Shown here: positions 39,248 through 49,171 of the stretch, in pieces
Numbering within the stretch: the first letter of the stretch is position 1
Layout: each line of letters starts with the position of its first letter
Assembly (NCBI GenBank): GCA_963928595.1
Contig: CAWVFK010000032.1
Coordinates: forward strand, 6,383-70,382
Origin: Candidatus Coprosoma sp.
Lineage (GTDB): Bacteria > Bacillota_I > Bacilli_A > RF39 > UBA660
Reading direction: 5' to 3'
Length of the DNA: 64,000 bases
Notes under the pieces: model-generated
Database searches by the model: none
Told to the model about the DNA's origin: nothing
Seen by the model: the letters and a program-made list of their open reading frames with translations, nothing else
Made by a program: the position numbers and the translations under genes

Positions 39248-40483
39248 CATAGCTTGACGCATTCTCATATCGTATTTAACAATATCAAGTCCACCAAAAG
39301 CACTTAAAAATTCGTCTTCTTTCATTTGATATTTTTCAGCTAACTTCTTAGCTTCTTCCTTAGCTGCTTTATCATCGATTTCAATTTTTTCTTCTTTAGC
39401 AATTTCTTCAAGCATTAATCTGTAAGTAATTCTCTTAATAGCTTCAGGACGCATTTGATCTTTTAAAGCCTGTTCATCAGAATTTGTAAATTGATAGAAC
39501 TGTTCAATAGTAATTCCTTGCATCTTTAAATGATCGGCATATTGCTGAACCATTCTATCTAACTCTTCATTAATCATTGCTTCGGGAATATCAACTTTAA
39601 CATCCTTAGCAGCTGCTTCAAGTAAATCATCTAAATATTTATTTTCAGCTTCCATCTCTTTACGAGCAATAATATTTTCAGAAATTTGAGCTTCTAACTC
39701 CTCTTTAGTATTAATTCCTTCCATTCCTAAATCTTCAAAGAAATCTTTATCTAATTCTGGAATTTTAACCTCTTTAACTTCGTGAACTGTAACCTTAAAT
39801 GTTGCATCTTTACCTTTTAGATCTTCTGCATGATAATCTTCTGGGAAAGTAACTTTAACATCTTTTTTATCACCAGACTTAAGTCCAACTAACTGTTCCT
39901 CAAATCCTGGAATAAATGTTCCACTACCAATTTTTAAAGAATAGTTCTCAGCTTTACCACCTTCAAAAGCTTTACCACCAACAAATCCTTCAAAATCGAT
40001 AACTGCTATATCACCGTTTTCAATAGCACCCTCTTTTAAAACATCTTCTGCATATCTTTCTCTCATGTGATTAATAGCTTCTTCAATTTCCTCCGCTTCA
40101 GCTTTAACTTCGTCTTTTTTAACACCTAAACCTTTGTATTTTCCAAGTTTAACTTCAGGTCTTTTAGTTAAAGTAAATTTAAAAGTAACTTTTTTATCAT
40201 CGATATTAGTTAAAGCAATATCTGGACGAGCTACTAACTCTTTAACATCGTCTGCATAATCTTTTAATAATTTTTGGTAAGCCATATCTGCTGCTGTATC
40301 AGCAGCATCCATATATAAAGATTCTTTACCATATTTTTTGATAAATACATCCTTTGGGGCTTTACCAGGTCTAAAACCATCAATTTTTGCATTTTTATTA
40401 GCTTTCTTAAAAGCCTTATCTAAAGCCTCTTCCCAATCTTTTCCTTCAATAATAATTTCAATTTCTTTTTCACTTTTCGCCAT
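39230..40483 (-). CDS. tig: trigger factor
   Basis: 417 aa. N-terminal ribosome-binding domain (GFRPGKAP), FKBP-type PPIase middle domain. Confidence 0.9.
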   Translation of the reverse strand: MAKSEKEIEIIIEGKDWEEALDKAFKKANKNAKIDGFRPGKAPKDVFIKKYGKESLYMDAADTAADMAYQKLLKDYADDVKELVARPDIALTNIDDKKVTFKFTLTKRPEVKLGKYKGLGVKKDEVKAEAEEIEEAINHMRERYAEDVLKEGAIENGDIAVIDFEGFVGGKAFEGGKAENYSLKIGSGTFIPGFEEQLVGLKSGDKKDVKVTFPEDYHAEDLKGKDATFKVTVHEVKEVKIPELDKDFFEDLGMEGINTKEELEAQISENIIARKEMEAENKYLDDLLEAAAKDVKVDIPEAMINEELDRMVQQYADHLKMQGITIEQFYQFTNSDEQALKDQMRPEAIKRITYRLMLEEIAKEEKIEIDDKAAKEEAKKLAEKYQMKEDEFLSAFGGLDIVKYDMRMRQAMEILKK

Positions 40484-40500
40484 ATTCTAATCCTCCAATT

Positions 40501-41493
40501 CTATATCCATACACCAAAGCCAATAGCGGCCATACTAAGTAGTAAACCAGCTGACCAAAACAGTCTAACGACATCCGTTTCACTCCATCCAAGTTTTTCA
40601 AAATGATGATGAAGCGGAGCCATCAATAAAACTTTAGTATGAAATTTACTTATCGCAATCCATTGAATAATAACACTGAGTGTCTCGATAACAAACACAC
40701 CAGCTACAATAATAAGTGTAACTTCGTGATTTGTTATAATCGCCACACTAGCTAAGGCAGCTCCTAAAGATAAAGATCCAGTATCACCCATAAATATTTT
40801 AGCCGGATAACAGTTATACACTAAAAATCCTACTAATGATCCTACTAAGACAAAACAGAAAATTGCAATTGATTCATTACCAGAAGCCCAATCAGCACCC
40901 CAAGTAATAAGTCCAAAAGCAAAAAATGCAATTGCTGAAAGTCCTCCAGCAAGACCATCAAGTCCATCTGTGATATTCACCGCATTACTACTACCAACTA
41001 AGACAAATAATAAAAACATCCCATAAAGCCATCCCAAATCAAGCTTTATTCCTAAAGTATGAATATCGACAATCGGATCATTACCACTACTCAAAAACAT
41101 ATAGAAAAATACTAATGCGACAATTATTTGTAAAACCAGTTTCCAAAATATACTAAGTCCTTCATTATTATGCTTTTTAATAATTAGATAATCATCAATA
41201 TATCCAAATATCGCATAAGTAATAAAGACAAATAATACGATAAACAAGTTTGTTGAAAACTCGACTTTACCAGTAAGCACCAGAGCCATCATTATCAAAA
41301 CCGTTGGAATGATAAAAATTATACCTCCAGTTGTCGGTGTTCCGTTTTTCTTTTTATGTCTTTCTCCTAATGTGTTACTAACTTGCTGTCTAATATGTTT
41401 CTTCTTCAGCCATTTAATAGCAAAATAGCCAAAAACGACTGAGACCGAGAATCCTAACATAATTGACAGTACAGCTTTGGCTAATACTAACAT
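40501..41493 (-). CDS. mraY: phospho-N-acetylmuramoyl-pentapeptide transferase
   Basis: 10 TM segments. PLHHHFEKLGW signature near the C-terminus. MGDTGSLSLG. Confidence 0.85.
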   Translation of the reverse strand: MLVLAKAVLSIMLGFSVSVVFGYFAIKWLKKKHIRQQVSNTLGERHKKKNGTPTTGGIIFIIPTVLIMMALVLTGKVEFSTNLFIVLFVFITYAIFGYIDDYLIIKKHNNEGLSIFWKLVLQIIVALVFFYMFLSSGNDPIVDIHTLGIKLDLGWLYGMFLLFVLVGSSNAVNITDGLDGLAGGLSAIAFFAFGLITWGADWASGNESIAIFCFVLVGSLVGFLVYNCYPAKIFMGDTGSLSLGAALASVAIITNHEVTLIIVAGVFVIETLSVIIQWIAISKFHTKVLLMAPLHHHFEKLGWSETDVVRLFWSAGLLLSMAAIGFGVWI

Positions 41494-41551
41494 ATCCTCA
41501 TCTCCAAGTAGTACAATTATACCATTTTTTTATATAATTTGTACATATTAT

Positions 41552-42043
41552 TTAAAACATTTCTATAAGTTCATCTAGCTTATCGATAACTGGAAATCCC
41601 TTGCCATCCATATCTAAATCAAACCTTACACCTATTCCTCCAGCCTTTTTCCATTCGCGTAAATTTTCCGGATAATCATCAACTAAAATAGCATTTTTAA
41701 CTTTTACCATTTCCGCCTTAGATAACCTTTTCGGCACCGGAATAATCGTTATATTTTTAATATGTTTTCTAACTAATTCCACTTTTAATTCTGCTTCTTT
41801 TAAAGAAACAACATGAGTTAAAATAAACACATTAAATTTTGAGCTATCTATAATTTTCTGAATACAATTAAAAGCATCATTGATCTCCTCAGACTCTTCC
41901 AAAACTCCACACCAATCTAAATTTTTAAAAAATTGGTAATAACTTTCATAATCTTTGTTTATATTTTCCTCTTCAGCCATTTTATATGATACATCTATCG
42001 AATTATAAATAACTCCATCAAAATCAATATATAAATCTTTCAT
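41552..42043 (-). CDS. HAD-superfamily 5'(3')-deoxyribonucleotidase-like protein
   Basis: YIDFDGVIYNS (DxDGV nucleophile motif). C-terminal LVDDYPENLREWKKAGGIGVRF. Confidence 0.5.
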   Translation of the reverse strand: MKDLYIDFDGVIYNSIDVSYKMAEEENINKDYESYYQFFKNLDWCGVLEESEEINDAFNCIQKIIDSSKFNVFILTHVVSLKEAELKVELVRKHIKNITIIPVPKRLSKAEMVKVKNAILVDDYPENLREWKKAGGIGVRFDLDMDGKGFPVIDKLDELIEMF

Positions 42044-42083
42044 AATTAAACCCCATTCTAAGAAAAAAAGGGACTAATTTCCC

Positions 42084-42668
42084 TTATTTTAAAGCATCAA
42101 TTAATTCAGCTTTTTTCATAGTTGAATAACCTTCAACATCTTTTTCTTTAGCTAATTTTTTTAATTCAGCTACAGTTAATTTACTTAAATCTGTATCTTC
42201 CTTTTTAGCTTCCTTCTTAGTTTCTTTTACCTCTTTTTTATCTTCCTTAGCTGTTTTTGTTTCCTTAACTTCTTTTTTAGCTTCTACTTTAACAGCTTTT
42301 GGTTTATATTCTTTACCCTCAAGTGCTGCTTTAGCTACTTTTACAAGTTCTGCAAATGCTTTTGAATCATCGATAGCTATTTCAGAAAGCATTTTTCTGT
42401 TAACTTCAATATTAGCTTTATTTAATCCATCGATAAATTTAGAATAACTAATTTCATTTAATCTACAAGCTGCGTTAATTCTTGTAATCCATAATTTTCT
42501 GAAATCTCTTTTTCTATTTTTTCTATCTCTATAAGCATAAGCTCCTGAATGCATAACTTGTTCTTTAGCAGTTTTATATAATCTATGTTTACTACCGAAA
42601 TAACCTTTAGCTTGTTTTAAAGCTTTCTTTCGGCGTGCGCGATGAATAGTTCCACCTTTAACTCTCAT
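42084..42668 (-). CDS. rplT: 50S ribosomal protein bL20 with a C-terminal Lys-rich linker and a Rho_N/HeH-like domain
   Basis: First ~118 aa is canonical L20 ([38 protein letters not shown]...WITRINAA). Then ~40 aa of K/E-rich sequence, ending in [35 protein letters not shown]. Confidence 0.85.
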   Translation of the reverse strand: MRVKGGTIHRARRKKALKQAKGYFGSKHRLYKTAKEQVMHSGAYAYRDRKNRKRDFRKLWITRINAACRLNEISYSKFIDGLNKANIEVNRKMLSEIAIDDSKAFAELVKVAKAALEGKEYKPKAVKVEAKKEVKETKTAKEDKKEVKETKKEAKKEDTDLSKLTVAELKKLAKEKDVEGYSTMKKAELIDALK

Positions 42669-42685
42669 TTAAATTCCTCCTTCAA

Positions 42686-42886
42686 TTATTTTTTAAGTAA
42701 ATCTTTTAATCTCTTAACATCTGATGAACTCATTTCTGATTCATGATGTCTTCTTCTTCTTGATTGGTTACTCTTATGGGTTAACTTATGATTTTTCATA
42801 GCTGGTTGAAATTTAACTGAACCACTTTTTCTAACCTTAACTACTTTAGATAACCCTTTATGTGATTTTGCTTTAATCTTAGCCAC
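42686..42886 (-). CDS. rpmI: 50S ribosomal protein bL35
   Basis: A GGAGGA RBS and spacing favour the GTG start at 42886 (MAKIKAKSHKGLSKVVKVRKSGSVK...). The track's ATG, two codons upstream, abuts the RBS. Confidence 0.8.
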   Translation of the reverse strand: MAKIKAKSHKGLSKVVKVRKSGSVKFQPAMKNHKLTHKSNQSRRRRHHESEMSSSDVKRLKDLLKK

Positions 42887-42897
42887 AAACATTCCTC

Positions 42898-43425
42898 CTA
42901 TTTTTCTTTAATTGGCGCAAGTATCATTGCCATAATACGACCATCAATTTTAGGTGCTTGCTCAATAACAGCAATATCTTTAACTGCATCTGCAAAGCGC
43001 ATTAAAACATCTTTACCTAAATAGCTATGTGTAATCTCACGTCCTTTAAAACGAATACTTACCTTTACCTTATGACCTTTTTTCAAATATTTAGATGCGT
43101 TATTTAATTTAGTGTTAAAATCATGAACATCAATCGTTACAGATAACTTATACTCTTTCATATCTAAGTTAGCTTCTCTTTGTTTCTTCATGTTTTCTTT
43201 TTGTTTTTTCTTATTTTCATATTTATAACGATTATAATCCATTATCTTACAAACTGGTGGTTTTCCACCCGGATTCATAAGTACTAAATCGAATCCTGCA
43301 TAATCAGCCAAAGTAAGTGCATCTTTAATCGGTTTAACACCTAATTGTTCTCCATTTGGACCTATTACCATAACTTCTTTTGCTCGTATTTGATCATTGA
43401 TATACAAATCTTTATCTCTTGCGAT
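42898..43425 (-). CDS. infC: translation initiation factor IF-3
   Basis: The IF-3 homologous region begins ..[40 protein letters not shown] 8 nt before an ATC (Ile) codon at 43425, a non-AUG start typical of infC. The ORF-track N-terminal extension is spurious. Confidence 0.8.
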   Translation of the reverse strand: MARDKDLYINDQIRAKEVMVIGPNGEQLGVKPIKDALTLADYAGFDLVLMNPGGKPPVCKIMDYNRYKYENKKKQKENMKKQREANLDMKEYKLSVTIDVHDFNTKLNNASKYLKKGHKVKVSIRFKGREITHSYLGKDVLMRFADAVKDIAVIEQAPKIDGRIMAMILAPIKEK

Positions 43426-43439
43426 ACTAGACACCTCCA

Positions 43440-43600
43440 ATAAAAAAGTGAATACAAAGTATCCACTAAAATGCACATTAAATAAGTAATAAATTTCTTA
43501 TCGGCATTGAACCCATTACTTACTTGTAATCGGGTGAGAAGTGGATACTTCTTCTTTCCTTTTTCAAATTACAACAATGATTATACATATAAAGCATATG
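43440..43600 (-). promoter_or_regulatory. infC-rpmI-rplT 5' leader with a long-range inverted repeat (candidate L20-responsive attenuator)
   Basis: Arms AAGTATCCACT (43457-43467) and AGTGGATACTT (43540-43550), 11-bp perfect complement. Followed on the minus strand by TGTATTCACTTTTTTATT just before the infC RBS. Confidence 0.35.
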
Positions 43601-43671
43601 TTTGTCAAGTTTTTATATACCATTTTATTAAAGTTTTTGCTAAAATTAAAGCACAGAGAGGATGATATTTT

Positions 43672-44010
43672 ATGAAACCAAAAATTGATTATGATGATTT
43701 TGCTAAAATCGAATTTAAAATTGGTGTAATTAAAGAATGCACAAAACACCCAAATGCCGATAGACTACTAGTTTTCCAAATCGATGTTGGCGAAGAAAAA
43801 CCAAGACAAATTATTTCTAGTATTGCTGAATTTTATAAACCAGAAGATGTTATAAATAAAAGAGTTGTCGTTGTCACAAATCTTAAAAAAGCTAAATTTA
43901 GAGGTATGGAATCTAATGGTATGTTAATGTGTGCATCCCTAGACAATGATGAAGATGTTGAACTTTTGACCATCACCAAGAATTTTGCTGGCGGCACTAA
44001 AGTCGATTAA
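43672..44010 (+). CDS. tRNA-binding domain protein (CsaA/YtpR-like, EMAP-II fold)
   Basis: DFAKIEFKIGVIKECTKHPNADRLLVFQIDVGEEKPRQIISSIAEFY...RGMESNGMLMCAS. GAGAGGATGA RBS. Confidence 0.75.
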   Translation: MKPKIDYDDFAKIEFKIGVIKECTKHPNADRLLVFQIDVGEEKPRQIISSIAEFYKPEDVINKRVVVVTNLKKAKFRGMESNGMLMCASLDNDEDVELLTITKNFAGGTKVD

Positions 44011-44042
44011 AACCAAGTTTTAAAACTTGGTTTTTTAATAAC

Positions 44043-44390
44043 TTATTTACCTTCCTCATGTAGTTTATCTATTATATCTTCTATCTTTTGTGCATGTTTA
44101 ATTGACTCATCATAGACAAATGTAAGTTCTGGGATCTGTCTAATATCTACTCTGTCACGAAGTTCATGACGAATAAAACCACTAGCTTCTTTCAAAGCCT
44201 TAGTTGTTTCATTTATTTTACTTTCATCTAAAACTGTAAAATAAACTTTTGCATAACTTAAATCAGAACTAACTTTAACATCAGTAATTGTTACAAACTT
44301 AATATTTCCATTCTTTACTTCATTCGCAATAATATAACTAATTTGTTCAATTAATGCATCTGAAATTCTTTCAGTTTTAATATTACTCAT
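44043..44390 (-). CDS. rbfA: ribosome-binding factor A
   Basis: 115 aa KH-like. ..VTITDVKVSSDLSYAKVYFTVL. Confidence 0.85.
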   Translation of the reverse strand: MSNIKTERISDALIEQISYIIANEVKNGNIKFVTITDVKVSSDLSYAKVYFTVLDESKINETTKALKEASGFIRHELRDRVDIRQIPELTFVYDESIKHAQKIEDIIDKLHEEGK

Positions 44391-44480
44391 AGTATCACCT
44401 TTCTTTAATACTTCTTTATCATTATAGCATATTTTAACAAATACAAAAAGCCAGTAAATAACCTTACTAGCTTAAGTATT

Positions 44481-46574
44481 TTATCTTTTAACCTCTACCA
44501 TTTCATAAGCTTCAATAGTATCACCTGTTTTTATATCGTTAAATCCATCAATTGTAATACCACATTCATAGCCTTTTTTAACTTCTTTAACACTATCTTT
44601 TTCTCTTTGTAGTGATCCTATCTTACCATCGTAAATTACAACACCATCACGAATAATTCGAGCTTGTGCATCTCTTTTAATAACTCCATCACTAACTGAA
44701 CAACCTGCAATATTTCCAACTTTAGAAAATTTAAAGATCTGTCTAATATCAGCTGTACCTAAAATCTTCTCTTCATATTCAGGATCAAGCATACCTTTCA
44801 TAGCTGCTTCCATCTCTTCAACTGCTTTATAAATTATATTATAAAATCTAATTTCAACACCTTCATCTTTAGCCTTATCTTGAATTCCTTTAGAAGGTCT
44901 AACATTAAATCCAATAATGATAGCATTAGAAGCTTTAGCTAAAACAATATCACTTTCAGTAATTCCACCAACTGAACTTCTAATGACATTAATCTTAACT
45001 CCATCAACTTCTATTTTTTGTAGACTATTTTTAACTGCTTCCGCACTTCCATTTACATCAGCTTTGATAATAACATTGATTTCTTTTAAACCTTCACCAA
45101 TTTTAGCAAACAAATCATCTAAAGATACGGCAGATTTAGCTTTGTTTTCACGAGCTCTAGCTTGTTCTTTACGTTCAGAGGCAATATTTTTAGCCTCTTT
45201 CTCAGTAGCAAAAGTCATAAATCTATCTCCAGCTGATGGTACTTCATTTAAACCGGTAATTTCTACTGGTTGTGATGGCAAAGCTTTAGTTATCTCTTCA
45301 CCTTTATCATTTCTTAAAGTTCTAATCTTACCAAAAGCTGTACCGACAACAATTGGATCACCTAATCTTAAAGTACCATTTTGAACAAGTACTGTTACAA
45401 TTGGTCCGACATGTTTATCAAGTTTTGATTCAACTACTGTACCCATTGCATAACGATTTGGATTAGCTCTATAATTGTTAACTTCCGCAATCAACAAAAT
45501 ATTTTCAAGTAACTCCCCAATGCCTTCACCAGTCACAGCTGAAAGTTTTGTAAAGATAATATCTCCACCCCACTCTTCAGGCATTAAACCAGCTTCGGCC
45601 ATATCGTTCATTACTTTATCAGGATTAGCACCTGGTTTATCCATCTTATTAATTGCTACGATAATTGGAACCCCAGCGGCTTTCGCATGATCGATAGCTT
45701 CTCTTGTCTGTGGCATAACTCCATCATCAGCCGCAACAATTATAATAACAATATCAGTTATACTTGCTCCTCTAGCTCTCATCTCTGTAAAAGCCGCATG
45801 ACCAGGAGTATCGATAAATGTGATTAATTTATCATTATATTTAACTTGATAAGCTGAAATAGCTTGGGTAATTCCACCAGCTTCACCTTCAGCCACATTA
45901 GTTTTACGAATGGCATCAAGTAAAGTTGTCTTACCATGATCGACATGACCCATAATTGTCACTACCGGTGGTCTTGGAACCAAATCTTCTTCTTTATCGA
46001 CAACCTCAAATTCTTCAAAGTTAGCTACATTTGCTGTTTCTTCTTTTTTTAGCTCCTTACCATAATCAAGAACAATGATTTCCGCATTTTCAAATGAAAT
46101 AACACTATTAATATTAACCATCAAACCTAAAGAAAATAATTTTTTAATAATTTCACTTGCTGCCACCCCCATAGCTTCCGCAAGTTCCGCAATTGTCATA
46201 TTCTCTTTATATAAAACTACATTTTCATTACGTACTGGTGCATTACTTTGTAATTTTTCTTTACTCTTATACATTGCTTTTTTCTTTTGAGCTAAACTCT
46301 TTTTATTATCATTTTTCTTAGGTAATTTAGCCGGCTTCTTCTTATCAGCTTTAACCGTCTTCATACTACTCTCTTCTAAAGCAACTTCTTCCTCGATCTC
46401 TTCATCCTCTAACTCTTCGCTTATCTCATCGAAACTATTATCAAGCATTGTAATTGCTTCATCATCAAGCATATCGTCCTCATTTTTTACATCAATATCA
46501 AGTTCAAAACACTTGTTTAAAACTTCAGACACCTCACGGTTAATATCTTCTGCATATTCTTTTACACTCATCAT
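44481..46574 (-). CDS. infB: translation initiation factor IF-2
   Basis: GHVDHGKTTLLD G1 motif, DTPGH, NKMD. 697 aa. Confidence 0.95.
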   Translation of the reverse strand: MMSVKEYAEDINREVSEVLNKCFELDIDVKNEDDMLDDEAITMLDNSFDEISEELEDEEIEEEVALEESSMKTVKADKKKPAKLPKKNDNKKSLAQKKKAMYKSKEKLQSNAPVRNENVVLYKENMTIAELAEAMGVAASEIIKKLFSLGLMVNINSVISFENAEIIVLDYGKELKKEETANVANFEEFEVVDKEEDLVPRPPVVTIMGHVDHGKTTLLDAIRKTNVAEGEAGGITQAISAYQVKYNDKLITFIDTPGHAAFTEMRARGASITDIVIIIVAADDGVMPQTREAIDHAKAAGVPIIVAINKMDKPGANPDKVMNDMAEAGLMPEEWGGDIIFTKLSAVTGEGIGELLENILLIAEVNNYRANPNRYAMGTVVESKLDKHVGPIVTVLVQNGTLRLGDPIVVGTAFGKIRTLRNDKGEEITKALPSQPVEITGLNEVPSAGDRFMTFATEKEAKNIASERKEQARARENKAKSAVSLDDLFAKIGEGLKEINVIIKADVNGSAEAVKNSLQKIEVDGVKINVIRSSVGGITESDIVLAKASNAIIIGFNVRPSKGIQDKAKDEGVEIRFYNIIYKAVEEMEAAMKGMLDPEYEEKILGTADIRQIFKFSKVGNIAGCSVSDGVIKRDAQARIIRDGVVIYDGKIGSLQREKDSVKEVKKGYECGITIDGFNDIKTGDTIEAYEMVEVKR

Positions 46575-46591
46575 ATTTACGCACCTCTTTT

Positions 46592-46852
46592 CTAATCTAA
46601 TAAATTATTTAAATCTTCAAATACCCTATCAGGTACCTCCACTTCTAATACTCTATTTAATATCTTATTTTTTTGAGCTTTTAAAAATACACCTCTATCC
46701 TTTTTTAAATAAGCTCCCCTACCATTAGCTTTTCCGTTTTCATCGATTATCACATTACCTTCTGGAGTACGTACCACTCTCACAAGTTCTCCCTTAGGTA
46801 ATTTCTCTCTAGTAACTACACACATTCTCATCGGTATTTTTCTAGTCTTCAT
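46592..46852 (-). CDS. ylxR: YlxR-family (DUF448) RNA-binding protein
   Basis: RMCVVTREKLPKGELVRVVR...GRGAYL. Between nusA and infB. Confidence 0.8.
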   Translation of the reverse strand: MKTRKIPMRMCVVTREKLPKGELVRVVRTPEGNVIIDENGKANGRGAYLKKDRGVFLKAQKNKILNRVLEVEVPDRVFEDLNNLLD

Positions 46853-47996
46853 AAATACTAATACCCTTTTCTCTCGCTTGCTCTAATGTTTCAACATCAA
46901 TTTTAAAATGTGTAAGTCTAGCCGCTAATTTAACATTCATACCCTTTTTACCAATAGCTAAAGATAAATTATCGTCATTAGCAACTACTAGAGCTTCTTT
47001 CTTTTTCTCATCAGTTACAAAAACGTGCAAATCATGAGCTGGACTTAAAGCATTTTCAATAAATCTTGCTTCATCAGCTTCATACTTAACAATATCGATT
47101 TTTTCACCATTAAGTTCATCAATAATTCTATTAATTCTACTTCCATGTTCACCAATACAAGCACCTACTGGATCGACATTAGGATTTTCTGAGTAAACAG
47201 CTACCTTAGTTCTATTTCCAGCATCTCTAGCCACACTGTAAATTAAGATAATTCCTTCATTAATTTCTGGAATTTCTAACTCAAATAATCTTTTAACAAA
47301 ACCATAATGTTTTCTAGAAAGTAAGATTAAAGGACCTTTTGAATTATTTTCAACCTTTGTAATATATACTTTAATACTAGATCCCATTTTAATAGTTTCC
47401 CCAGGAATAATTTCACTCTTCGGTAAAATTCCTTGCGTTCTTCCTAAATCGATATAATAATTACGAACATCTTCCATAGCTACTATTCCAGTAATCATTT
47501 CATCTTGTTTATCGGCAAATTCATTGTTGATAATTTCTCTTTCCGCTTCTCTGATTTTTTGGACTACAACCTGCTTAGCTGTTGCCGCAGCCACCCTACC
47601 AAAATCTTTAGGTGTAACTTCCTTTTCAATAGTTTCTCCAATTTTAATTCCTGGAACTTGCTTCCTCGCATCCTCTAAAGTAATATGAATTCTATCATCA
47701 AAATGGAATTCTTTTTCTACCTCTACCTCATTACCATCTTCATCAGTAATGATTTCTTTTTCTAATACTCCATCTTCCTTTTCATATTCTTTACTAAAAA
47801 CAACTGTTTTATAAGAAAAGATTTTAATATCTCCAGTATCTCGATTAATATCCACACGGACATTAGAAAGTGAATGATAATTTTTCTTATAAGCACTAGT
47901 TAAAGCAAGTTCCATCGCATCATAAATAACATCTTCATCAATACCTTTTTCCTTTGATAAAGTTTCTAAAGCTAATTTAAATTCTTTACTGTTCAT
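46842..47996 (-). CDS. nusA: transcription termination/antitermination factor NusA
   Basis: MNSKEFKLALETLSKEKGIDEDVIYDAMELAL. S1 + 2 KH domains. GGAAGTGA RBS before the ATG at 47996. Confidence 0.9.
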   Translation of the reverse strand: MNSKEFKLALETLSKEKGIDEDVIYDAMELALTSAYKKNYHSLSNVRVDINRDTGDIKIFSYKTVVFSKEYEKEDGVLEKEIITDEDGNEVEVEKEFHFDDRIHITLEDARKQVPGIKIGETIEKEVTPKDFGRVAAATAKQVVVQKIREAEREIINNEFADKQDEMITGIVAMEDVRNYYIDLGRTQGILPKSEIIPGETIKMGSSIKVYITKVENNSKGPLILLSRKHYGFVKRLFELEIPEINEGIILIYSVARDAGNRTKVAVYSENPNVDPVGACIGEHGSRINRIIDELNGEKIDIVKYEADEARFIENALSPAHDLHVFVTDEKKKEALVVANDDNLSLAIGKKGMNVKLAARLTHFKIDVETLEQAREKGISIYED

Positions 47997-48246
47997 CTGT
48001 ATCACTTCCCTTCTCTTTAGAACACACATCTAAAACATAACTTTCACTAATTGGATCAGCTTTATCTAAAATTGGATTTACAATTTCATTTACCTTTACA
48101 CAATCTCCTACATTAATATAACCAGATTTATCGATAACAAGTCTTAAAGTATTTATATTATCTTCCTTACCATAAAATACTTCATCCAAAATATAACCTG
48201 CATCTTCGATCGGCTTTTGTAATAAATTTCTGATTTTTTCTTCCAC
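47986..48246 (-). CDS. rimP: ribosome maturation factor RimP, short form (N-terminal domain only)
   Basis: MEEKIRNLLQKPIEDAGYILDEVFYGKEDNINTLRLVIDKSGYINVGDCVKVNEIVNPILDKADPISESYVLDVCS. Stop at 47986, 86 aa. Confidence 0.65.
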   Translation of the reverse strand: MEEKIRNLLQKPIEDAGYILDEVFYGKEDNINTLRLVIDKSGYINVGDCVKVNEIVNPILDKADPISESYVLDVCSKEKGSDTDEQ

Positions 48247-48269
48247 TTAAGCACCTCCTAAACTACATT

Positions 48270-48295
48270 AAAGAGTGGGTTGTCCCACTCTTTTT
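48270..48295. other. GC-rich hairpin in the rimP-nusA leader / intergenic region
   Basis: AAAGAGTGGG-ttgt-CCCACTCTTT followed by TT on the plus strand. On the minus strand it lies ~20 nt upstream of the rimP RBS. Confidence 0.4.
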
Positions 48296-48415
48296 GCACG
48301 TCTAAATACATTATATCACATTTTCTTTACTTTTTATACCCCTTTTATTATTCATAAACTATACAATATCTATCCTTTTTCTTAAAATACGTGATATAAT
48401 GATAACGGTGATACA

Positions 48416-49120
48416 ATGATAACAAGAACAAAAGAAAACGATTGGAAATATGCATTTAAAGGTGCGGCTGTTATATTTATTTACTTTTTCTTTAGTATAT
48501 GTCAAACATTTCCATTTATTATTCTACATATAAATTACTCAGAACTACCTAGTTATATTAAAATAATATATAGTTTAGCTGTTGAATTACTTATGATATC
48601 TTTAATATTTGCGATATTTGATAAAGAAATAAAAGCCGCTTGGCAAGATTTAAAGAAAAATCACTTAGAATATTTCAACAAATATTTAAAAGTTTATATT
48701 TTAAGTGTCATTGTCATGGTTACTGCCAATATGCTTATAAATGTTTTAGGTGGTGGAATGTCAACTAATGAAACAACCATTAGAAATGAATTTAATTTCT
48801 ATCCAATCTATACTTTTATATCTGCTGTAATTCTTGCCCCACTTTTAGAAGAAACTGTCTTTAGATTAGGTTTTAGAGCCATCATTCAAAATGATTTTCT
48901 ATTTATAACTATATCTAGCTTAGTTTTTGGTGGCCTTCACCTAATAGGAACTCCAATTAATGAATTATTTCCTCTTTACTTACTTTCTTACTGTAGCTGT
49001 GGTATTGCCTTTGCTTATATGCTTAAGAAAACTAACAATATTTTCGTTTCCATCGGCTTCCACTTTATGCATAACGGATTAATTCTCTCTTTACAGATGT
49101 TTTTACTCATATTCTCATAA
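48416..49120 (+). CDS. CPBP family intramembrane glutamic metalloprotease (CAAX/Abi)
   Basis: LLEETVFRLGFR (EExxxR), FGGLH (FxxxH), HFMHN (HxxxN). TGaTATAAT extended -10 upstream. Confidence 0.8.
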   Translation: MITRTKENDWKYAFKGAAVIFIYFFFSICQTFPFIILHINYSELPSYIKIIYSLAVELLMISLIFAIFDKEIKAAWQDLKKNHLEYFNKYLKVYILSVIVMVTANMLINVLGGGMSTNETTIRNEFNFYPIYTFISAVILAPLLEETVFRLGFRAIIQNDFLFITISSLVFGGLHLIGTPINELFPLYLLSYCSCGIAFAYMLKKTNNIFVSIGFHFMHNGLILSLQMFLLIFS

Positions 49121-49171
49121 AGACTTTCGTCTTTTTTTTTATTGTGTTAAAATTAACATAGGTGAAAGAAT

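Noticed and set aside
42898-43476. The 5' extension of the infC ORF ([17 protein letters not shown]...) and the 43564-43749 minus-strand ORF.
   Set aside because: IF-3 homology begins at the ATC codon at 43425 with a proper RBS. The upstream residues are leader RNA, and the 61-aa ORF lies in the leader/promoter region.
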